13,392 nucleotides of DNA from Vulcanimicrobiota bacterium. GTDB lineage: Bacteria > Vulcanimicrobiota > Vulcanimicrobiia > Vulcanimicrobiales > Vulcanimicrobiaceae. Of this stretch, positions 1 to 9,524 are shown piece after piece. The notes beneath the pieces were generated by a model, which was given only the letters and a program-made list of their open reading frames with translations, was not told the origin of the DNA and searched no databases. The DNA lies in assembly GCA_003133025.1 (NCBI GenBank), contig PKZK01000047.1, positions 14,064 through 27,455 on the forward strand, in the 5' to 3' direction. Position 1 is the stretch's first letter; each line of letters opens with the position of its first letter. The position numbers and the translations under genes are program-made.

Positions 1-2
1 AA

Positions 3-1256
3 CGCGCGCGCGCGAGCGGTGTCGAGGTACGCGCCTTTCCGGCAGACGAAGCCGCCGCGCGGGAAGCGCTTTCCGGCGCGGTGCTCGCGCTCGACGGACT
101 GCTCGGCACGGGCTCCAGGCCCGAACCCGGCGCCGCGATGCTGCCCGCGATCGCCGCGCTCAACCGTCTCGAGCGCGAACGCGTGCTGGCCATCGACGCA
201 CCGACCGGCGTCGATGCGACCACCGGCGCGACGTCGGCGCATGCGGTGCGCGCGGGCGCGACGGTCACGCTCGGCGCCCCGAAGATCGGCCTGCTACTCG
301 AGACCGCGCGTCCGCACGTCGGCGCGCTCTACGTGGGCGACATCGGACTCGGCGCGCACATCGCCGCGCTCGGCGCACCGTACTACGACGTACTGACGCC
401 CGAAGAGTTTCTCGCGTTGCTGCCCGCGCGCGGCGACGAGAGCGACAAACGTTCGTCGGGCGCGCCGCTCGTCGTGGCAGGCTCGAAGCAATTTCCCGGC
501 GCGGCCGTGCTCTGCGCGCGTGGCGCCGCGCGCGCCGGCGCCGGTTACGTGACGCTCGCCACGAGCGCCGCCGCCGCCGACACGATTCGCACGCACCTCG
601 TCGAGCAGGTGGTGGTCGCCTACGCCGACGGCGAGCCGAAGAAAACCGTGGAAGACCTGCTCGACCTGCGCAGGCACAGCTCGGCCGTCGCGCTCGGGCC
701 GGGGCTGCCGCTCGATGAAGACACCGGCTGGATCGTGCGCGAGTTCATCATTCACCTCGACCTGCCGTTCGTGGCCGACGCGAGCGCGCTCTTCCACCTC
801 TCGAAACGCACCGCGATCCTCGGCGGCAAACACTGCGTGCTCACGCCTCACGCGGGCGAATTCGCGCGGCTCAGCGGCCTGGGCACGATCACACCCGGCG
901 AACGCCTCGAGCGCTTGCGCGCTTTTACGACGAGCACCGGCGTCACGACGTTGCTCAAGGGCTGGTCGACGCTGATCGACGACGGCACGACGATGCACGT
1001 CAACCCGACCGGCACGAGCGCGCTCGCGACCGCGGGCACGGGCGACGTGCTCACCGGCATCATCTCGACGCTGCTCGCGCAAGGTCTCTCGCCGGTGGAC
1101 GCCGCGCGCGCCGGCGCGTACTGGCACGGCCTCGCCGGACAACGGGCACACGCAATACGGCACGTCGGCGTGATGGCCGGCGATCTGCCGGACGCGCTCG
1201 CCGACGCGCTGGCCGGCACGCCGCGACCGCTCGGCGGATTGCTGCGCCTCTTCTGA
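3..1256 (+). CDS. nnr: Bifunctional NAD(P)HX epimerase/dehydratase (YjeF/Nnr), 5'-truncated by the window edge
   Basis: The frame is open from position 3 (RARASGVEVRAFP...). Epimerase motifs DGLLGTG and AIDAPTGVD; dehydratase motifs PGAAVL, ALGPGL, VADASAL, VLTPHAGEFARL, TLLKG, LATAGTGDVLTG. Confidence 0.95.
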   Translation, partial: RARASGVEVRAFPADEAAAREALSGAVLALDGLLGTGSRPEPGAAMLPAIAALNRLERERVLAIDAPTGVDATTGATSAHAVRAGATVTLGAPKIGLLLETARPHVGALYVGDIGLGAHIAALGAPYYDVLTPEEFLALLPARGDESDKRSSGAPLVVAGSKQFPGAAVLCARGAARAGAGYVTLATSAAAADTIRTHLVEQVVVAYADGEPKKTVEDLLDLRRHSSAVALGPGLPLDEDTGWIVREFIIHLDLPFVADASALFHLSKRTAILGGKHCVLTPHAGEFARLSGLGTITPGERLERLRAFTTSTGVTTLLKGWSTLIDDGTTMHVNPTGTSALATAGTGDVLTGIISTLLAQGLSPVDAARAGAYWHGLAGQRAHAIRHVGVMAGDLPDALADALAGTPRPLGGLLRLF

Positions 1257-1376
1257 GCGCCGCCGCGTCTCGACCTGCGCCGAATAATCGCTGCGCGCGT
1301 CTGGGGAAGGTACGAACCCTAGAGAAACTGTACTAGCCAAGCAGCACCCCGTGTACGTGCGTCTTCGCATGGCAAC

Positions 1377-2120
1377 GTGAGGTTGATTCAATTGTCAATG
1401 CGCCGTTTACGGCTCCGCGAGCTCAGCCTGAATTCGGTCCTGCAAGCAATCGAGGGCCCTCTTGCCGACGTCGTCCTCGAGCGGGGAGAGTACGCCTCCC
1501 TCAAGGTGCGCGAACGCATCTACACGCCCGAAGAACCGATCGAAACGGTCTTCTTTCCGACGAACTCCGTGCTGTCGATCGTTTCCCACATGCGCGACGG
1601 CGACAACATCGAAATCGGCACGATCGGCCGCGAAGGCATGTCCGCATTTCCGCTGCTGCTCGGTGCTTCAAGTACCGCAAATGATTGTTATTGCCAAGTA
1701 CCCGGAGACGTTATCAGCATGCCCGTCGATCTCTTCCGGCTGATCGTCAAGGAGAGTCGTCGCTTCCGCGAAGTGCTCGATCGCTATTTGCAAGCCTACG
1801 TCAACATGCTCGGCCAGCTCGCGGCATGCAACCGCCTGCACAGCGTCTACGAGCGGTGCGCGCGCTGGCTCTTGCTCACCCACGATCGCGTGGAGTCCGA
1901 CGAGATCCCGCTCACGCACGAATACCTGGCCATGATGCTGGGCACAGGCCGGTCGGGCGTGACCATCGCCGCGGGCACGCTGCAGCAGGCCGGTTTCATT
2001 CGCTACGGTCACGGGGTCATCCGCATCGTCGACCGGCGCGGCCTCGAGGATGCGGCCTGCGAGTGCTACGAGACCGCGCGCAAGCAATTCGGTGGGCTGC
2101 TCCGGCCCGTCGAAGCCTGA
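1377..2120 (+). CDS. Crp/Fnr family transcriptional regulator
   Basis: N-terminal cNMP-binding-type beta-roll (VFFPTNSVLSIV, EIGTIGREG), then ACNRLHSVYERCARWLL, HTH LTHEYLAMMLGTGRSGVT and C-terminal ACECY. Start is uncertain: GTG 1377, TTG 1392 or ATG 1398. Confidence 0.93.
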   Translation: MRLIQLSMRRLRLRELSLNSVLQAIEGPLADVVLERGEYASLKVRERIYTPEEPIETVFFPTNSVLSIVSHMRDGDNIEIGTIGREGMSAFPLLLGASSTANDCYCQVPGDVISMPVDLFRLIVKESRRFREVLDRYLQAYVNMLGQLAACNRLHSVYERCARWLLLTHDRVESDEIPLTHEYLAMMLGTGRSGVTIAAGTLQQAGFIRYGHGVIRIVDRRGLEDAACECYETARKQFGGLLRPVEA

Positions 2121-2125
2121 AAAGA

Positions 2126-2168
2126 TGTGCTGATTCATACAGACCGGTCCTGGCGCATCATGTAGCAT
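2126..2168 (+). promoter_or_regulatory. Putative Crp-family class II promoter of the LuxR gene
   Basis: TGTGC-tgattc-ATACA (TGT-N10-ACA) at 2126-2141 and -10-like TAGCAT at 2163-2168. The site centre is -41.5 relative to the implied +1 at 2175. Confidence 0.5.
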
Positions 2169-2200
2169 AGGACCTCCGCGCTGCGAAGAAGGCTTATTGC

Positions 2201-3220
2201 ATGGCGGTCGACAGCGCATTGCGCGACAACCTGCCGGAATCGGATCCGGCATATCCGATCCTCGCCGGAATTCTCGGGATCGTGCCCGTCTCGGACTGGA
2301 CCTATAACCGCACCTCCCCGAACGGCGACGTTCTCGAACCGCTTGCTTCGCCCGACGAAAGCGGCGGAACACCGGTAGCCGCGGATCGGTCGAGACGACC
2401 GGCAAACGGTTTCGGAGCGGGCCCTCGCATAGGGCCGGCGGTGGACGTGCCCGTCGAATTCGCGGGCGGCGTAACGCTCGTATTCGCGGACGAGCGAGCG
2501 CGGTATGCCGTACTGACACTCTTTCGGACGGCGGCATTGGGGCCGTTCACCTCGGCCGAGATCAGCGTCCTGACCTTCGCACTGGACGCGCTGTCCGATC
2601 GTCTCTCGGCGCTTCGACTGGCGCCTGCGCAAAGGCACCCGACGCTCGACAACCGCGCGCCGGCTGCGGTGGGGCCGGCCGCGAATTCGGAACAAGCCTC
2701 CTACGTGCTCGACGACGATTTGCGGATCATGCTCGCGTGGAGTTCGCAAGACCAGCGCCGCGTCGCGTTGATCGGCCGGAGCGTCTCGGACCGTTTACCG
2801 GTCGTTCTGGAAGAGACGGTGCGAGGCTTGACGGCGGGCTGGCCGGGCGAGCGCGGTGCGAAATGCGCCGGCGTCGCCAGGCCCGTTCCGTTCCTGCTCG
2901 TTCATACCGTGCCGATGGCCGGAGTACTCGGAGAATTCATCGGCGTCCACCTCAGCCGCTACGTGCCGCCGAACTCGCTTACGGGCGCCGTAGCTACCTT
3001 CCATATCTCACCCCGCGAGAGACAAGTGCTGGCCCTCTTACTCGACGGCCACCACCTCGAGGCGATCGGCCGGCAACTGTATATCACTTCATCGACCGTG
3101 CAAGATCACATAAATAGTATGATTCAGAAAACGCGGACGCGGAACCGTACCGAACTCATCGCGAGGATTCTCGGCTGGGAATTGCCCGTGGCCGCACATC
3201 GGCCGGTCGCGAGCGCGTAA
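2201..3220 (+). CDS. LuxR-type C-terminal HTH transcriptional regulator with an unassigned N-terminal sensor region
   Basis: C-terminal ISPRERQVLALLLDG...IGRQLYITSSTVQDHINSMIQKTRTRNRTELI is a GerE/LuxR HTH. GAAGG SD-like sequence precedes the ATG. Confidence 0.88.
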   Translation: MAVDSALRDNLPESDPAYPILAGILGIVPVSDWTYNRTSPNGDVLEPLASPDESGGTPVAADRSRRPANGFGAGPRIGPAVDVPVEFAGGVTLVFADERARYAVLTLFRTAALGPFTSAEISVLTFALDALSDRLSALRLAPAQRHPTLDNRAPAAVGPAANSEQASYVLDDDLRIMLAWSSQDQRRVALIGRSVSDRLPVVLEETVRGLTAGWPGERGAKCAGVARPVPFLLVHTVPMAGVLGEFIGVHLSRYVPPNSLTGAVATFHISPRERQVLALLLDGHHLEAIGRQLYITSSTVQDHINSMIQKTRTRNRTELIARILGWELPVAAHRPVASA

Positions 3221-3479
3221 CCGCAGCGTCGCCGCCCACTTGATACTCGTAACACATCTCCGCGCGCTCGCTCACCCGCACCACTCGTACCGCTAGCCTA
3301 TGTTCGCTCGAGAGCGCATGCTCGTTTGCTTTTTCGCGCGTAAACTTCTCGCACCCGGCGGCCTGGGCCTCATTGAATCCGCACACGCTAACCCGGAAGG
3401 CGCACGCGTCGCACGTTGCGATCGCGGTTGCGAATGAGACCTCTTTCTTCGGGAAGCCTATTGGCGTGGCGTGAAGCAT
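3156..3479 (-). CDS. Small hypothetical protein with putative C2H2-like zinc-binding motif
   Basis: ATCDAC...KANEHALSSEHRLAV (CxxC...HxxxxxH). TATCGT -10-like hexamer lies 6 nt before the ATG (leaderless geometry). The 3' end overlaps the LuxR gene by 65 nt. Confidence 0.55.
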   Translation of the reverse strand: MLHATPIGFPKKEVSFATAIATCDACAFRVSVCGFNEAQAAGCEKFTREKANEHALSSEHRLAVRVVRVSERAEMCYEYQVGGDAAVTRSRPADVRPRAIPSRESSR

Positions 3480-3485
3480 CGCTCA

Positions 3486-3495
3486 ACGATAACGT
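3486..3495. promoter_or_regulatory. Overlapping divergent -10 elements
   Basis: ACGATAACGT reads TATCGT on the minus strand (3491-3486, +1 = 3479 = A of the ATG) and TAACGT on the plus strand (3490-3495, +1 about 3502, the start of the hairpin). Confidence 0.4.
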
Positions 3496-3501
3496 ACGCC
3501 G

Positions 3502-3615
3502 GGCCCGGCGGGTATCGTGAAATCGGCGGAAAAGGAAAAGAGTAACGGGTATCACGCTCGGTGCTTCGATCACTCTTTCCTCGTCCCGTCGGTTTCGGGA
3601 TGGCGCGCGCCGGCC
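3502..3615 (+). ncRNA. Candidate structured non-coding RNA (long rod-like hairpin), family not recognised
   Basis: Manual pairing: 3505-3510/3608-3613, 3513-3516/3599-3602, 3518-3529/3586-3597, 3533-3543/3572-3581, 3546-3553/3560-3568, with loop ACGCUC. About 40 bp including 7 G-U wobbles that pair only on the + strand. Confidence 0.5.
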
Positions 3616-3621
3616 GGCAAA

Positions 3622-3630
3622 TGCTATAAA
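3622..3630 (+). promoter_or_regulatory. Putative extended -10 promoter for the CAP gene
   Basis: TG-C-TATAAA in an AT-rich patch about 70 nt upstream of the CAP ATG. SD-like GAGG lies 8 nt before the ATG. Confidence 0.4.
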
Positions 3631-3698
3631 AGTATCTCGGCCGCGCACGGACGCGCACTGGCACGTCGAGCCACGGCCGGCTGGAAGAGGTTCGGGCA

Positions 3699-4280
3699 AT
3701 GCAAGGACGCAGCGCAACGCACCAACGCATCTATTGCGCATCGATAGCCATCTGCCTCATCGCTGCCGCGAGCCCGGTTCCGGCCGGCGCGATCGCGGCG
3801 GCCTCGCACGCGGCGCACGCGACCGGCGTACGGTATCAGCCGGGTGACGAAGGCGATTACAGCTCGGAGCCCATGGCCACCAAACGCGGCGACGGGCGCG
3901 AGAGCGGCAGCGACGAGCGAGCGTTGCTCCACGACATCAACGCCTTGCGCGTCGCCGACGGCTTGACCGCACTCGACAGCGACGCGCGCCTGAGCGCCGT
4001 CGCCAAGGCGCACGCCGAGGACATGATCGCGCGCGGCTACTTCGGACACGCGACGCCGGAAGGTAAAGACCCGTTCAACCGCATCGCGACGGCCGGGATA
4101 CCTTTCGGTTACGCGGGCGAAAACTTGGGCACCGGCGAGGACGAACGCGATGCGGAAGCGAGACTCTACCGCTCGCTTCCGCACCGCGAAAACATGCTCG
4201 AACCACACTACCGTGCGATCGGCGTCGCGGTGTACGCGACCTATCGCGGCGTCGTCGTGGTCGAGGACTTCATCGACTGA
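3699..4280 (+). CDS. Secreted CAP (SCP/Tpx-1/Ag5/PR-1, YkwD-like) domain protein
   Basis: Signal-peptide-like N-terminus (IAICLIAAAS..AGA). CAP motifs INALR, AKAHAEDM..RGYFGH, AGENL, SLPHRENML, IGVAV and terminal VVEDF. Confidence 0.92.
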   Translation: MQGRSATHQRIYCASIAICLIAAASPVPAGAIAAASHAAHATGVRYQPGDEGDYSSEPMATKRGDGRESGSDERALLHDINALRVADGLTALDSDARLSAVAKAHAEDMIARGYFGHATPEGKDPFNRIATAGIPFGYAGENLGTGEDERDAEARLYRSLPHRENMLEPHYRAIGVAVYATYRGVVVVEDFID

Positions 4281-4283
4281 TCG

Positions 4284-5354
4284 TCACTGGAGCGTTTCGA
4301 TCGTCAGGTCGTCGATCTGCTGGCGATTGTAGAACGTGCCGGTCGAGGCAATGAAGCCGACGTACACCGAACTGGGCACGGCCGGCTGCCCGTTGATGCC
4401 CACGATATTCTCCGAGACGTACGTGACCGGACCGTTGCCGTCGTGGATGTCGATGGCCACTTCGGCTAAGCCGCTCGCGGTCAGCGAGATGTACACCGTC
4501 GGCGCGCTGCTCTGACGCGTCGGCGACGACGGATCGTCGATGTCGAAGGGTAGGCTCGCGGGTTGGCCGGAGCCGTCGGTCACGCCGCCGAGGTACGCGT
4601 AGCCGGCCGACTCGGCGCCTCCGAAGGCAACCGTCTCCGGAATGAAGCCCGGACCGTCGAGGAGATAGTTGCTGAAGTTGCCGTACTCGTCAAAACCAAC
4701 GCCGAGGTAGGCGTTGGGCAAGCCCGAGTTGCGCTTGTTGTGATTGATGTAGCCCAGCGCGCCGCCCGCGCCCGCAGGCTTCGTCGGATGTTTCGCCGAG
4801 CCGTCGCTCAAGAAGACCAGAACGCCGTCGGCGCCCGGCTCCGAACCATCGAACGCGTAAAGGTTGAACGAGATCTCCAAGCCGTTCGCGGTGGGCAGCG
4901 GCTCGTGCCAACCCGCGAGACCCAGAGCGTTAGTATTGGGCGGCGTCAATTCGAGCGTGCCGCTGCCGGGCGGATCCTGGGGCGCATTGGCGCCGCACGC
5001 CGGGATCGACGACTTCGGCGTGCTCGCGGTGCCTGCCGTCAGGCATGCGTTGTCTTTCCAGAACCAATTCTGCTTGGGCGTGCTCGTGCCCGCGAAGCTT
5101 TGGCTCACGAGCACGGTCTGCGAACCGCGAACGATACGGCTGCTTTTCGGAGCGCCGCGACCGACGCGCATCCAGGGCACGCCGCTGGCGAGAACGGCAG
5201 GCCGCGCGGCGTTCGCCGACGCGCCGGCGGAGTGGACGGACCGAACGGATTGGCCGGCGGCGAGGGGCGTGGACGTGCCGGAGCCGGTGCATCCGGCGAG
5301 AAGTGCGAGCGCGACCATGCCGAGCGACGCGCGGGTTGGTTTCGAGATCTTCAA
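4284..5354 (-). CDS. Lipoprotein with a legume-type (L-type/ConA-like) lectin domain
   Basis: Likely start is TTG at 5354 with GGAGAG SD 6 nt upstream. MKISKPTRASLGMVALALLAGC ends in a lipobox (Cys22). Lectin motifs PGADGVLVFL, GGALGY, YLGVGFDEYGNFS and VYVGFIASTG..N...I. Confidence 0.8.
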   Translation of the reverse strand: MKISKPTRASLGMVALALLAGCTGSGTSTPLAAGQSVRSVHSAGASANAARPAVLASGVPWMRVGRGAPKSSRIVRGSQTVLVSQSFAGTSTPKQNWFWKDNACLTAGTASTPKSSIPACGANAPQDPPGSGTLELTPPNTNALGLAGWHEPLPTANGLEISFNLYAFDGSEPGADGVLVFLSDGSAKHPTKPAGAGGALGYINHNKRNSGLPNAYLGVGFDEYGNFSNYLLDGPGFIPETVAFGGAESAGYAYLGGVTDGSGQPASLPFDIDDPSSPTRQSSAPTVYISLTASGLAEVAIDIHDGNGPVTYVSENIVGINGQPAVPSSVYVGFIASTGTFYNRQQIDDLTIETLQ

Positions 5355-5387
5355 TGTCGGCTCTCCAAAGACGAAGGGTACGAGCCG

Positions 5388-5415
5388 AGCATAGACCGTT
5401 GGCTTCGGCCGGCAA
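5388..5415 (-). promoter_or_regulatory. Sigma70-type promoter of the lectin gene
   Basis: Minus strand TTGCCG (5415-5410), N16, TATGCT (5393-5388), upstream of the SD and TTG start. Confidence 0.55.
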
Positions 5416-5437
5416 ATTCGGGGAAACCCCACAATTT
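5414..5437 (-). terminator. Possible hairpin/terminator downstream of ligA
   Basis: AAATT-c-GGGG-aaa-CCCC-ac-AATTT inverted repeat about 25 nt after the ligA stop. The U-tract is short. Confidence 0.35.
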
Positions 5438-5459
5438 GGCCGGAGTGGGGGTGGCGCCG

Positions 5460-8750
<3,291 letters not shown>

Positions 8751-8754
<4 letters not shown>

Positions 8755-9524
8755 GCGACTACTTCGAATCGATCGGGTTCACGCTCGAACGACCGGAATT
8801 CGAAACGCAACTGCAGCGCGCATTGGCCGAGGGCGAACACCTCGTCGCGGAGCACGGCGACTACCACGTGTGGCACATCGGCGAAGCCGAATTATGGGTC
8901 ACGATGTACCGCTTGGGCAAGCGCCGCGAACTCGCCGGCGCAAACCCGCACTTCGAGGGCGGCGCGCGCATGGCGGTGATCGTTGAGTCGCTCGATCGCA
9001 ACGCCGAGTTTCCGCTCGAAGGCGAACTCTACGCTTGGGCCGCAACGCCCGGCGACGACGGCGACGTCGACGCCAAAGAGCACGGCATCTATCCCTTCTC
9101 CGCGAGCCTGCCCGATTACGATATCGTGGCCGGCGAACGCACGCCGCCGTTTCGGGCCACGCTGGCCTTGGCCGGCTTCGCCAGTTCGATCGAGCAGTGG
9201 CCGGATGAGGCGACTTTTGCCGCGGAACAGCGCCGCGAGAAAGAGGGTCTCGCGTTTGCCAGTCACTCGTTCGTGCCGACCGGATTGTTCGGCAAGAACG
9301 TCGGGCGGGCGCGTTCGCATGCGGTCGTCACCGGACGCGTGACCGGCTCGCAAACGCTGACCAACGCGGCCACCGGACGTCACTACGCGGCGTTGCGCGT
9401 GGAAACGTACGGCGGCGAATTGGACGTGGTGGCCGCGCAGGCGCAACTGACCGGCCTTCCCGAAGTGGATTCGATCGTGCGGGCACATTGCTGGCTGTCC
9501 GGGAGGCTCGTCGCTTTACAATGA
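8751..9524 (+). CDS. Hypothetical protein, 257 aa (weak remembered resemblance to DUF3881-like proteins)
   Basis: GTG start overlaps the thiolase TGA (GTGA). Protein-like sequence MSDYFESIGF...SFVPTGLF...N..TG..Y...CWLSGRL. It is the real 3' part of ORF-track entry 7230..9524. Confidence 0.8.

Noticed and set aside
1383..1398. FNR-like TTGAT...GTCAA at the crp start
   Set aside because: The spacer is 6 nt rather than the 4 nt of an FNR box, and it may lie in coding sequence.
3509..3555. Repeated CGGGTATC (SigB/SigF-like -10) and CRP-like GTAA-N6-TCAC
   Set aside because: No GTTT -35 at the proper spacing, the position does not fit class I or II activation, and the sequence is already explained by the hairpin arms.
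3464..3654. Hairpin region as 6S RNA, SRP RNA or a c-di-GMP riboswitch
   Set aside because: There is no SRP domain IV or c-di-GMP-I core motif. The outer pairing needed for a 6S-like ~190-nt structure is weak and the bubble would be off-centre. An Rfam scan would settle this.
3642..3658. CGCGCAC direct repeat with 10-bp period upstream of the CAP gene
   Set aside because: Only two short GC-rich copies, which is plausible by chance.
3388..3747. Short ORFs across the intergenic hairpin (3388..3741 -, 3458..3730 -, 3517..3747 +)
   Set aside because: They lack protein-like composition or motifs and overlap better-supported genes.
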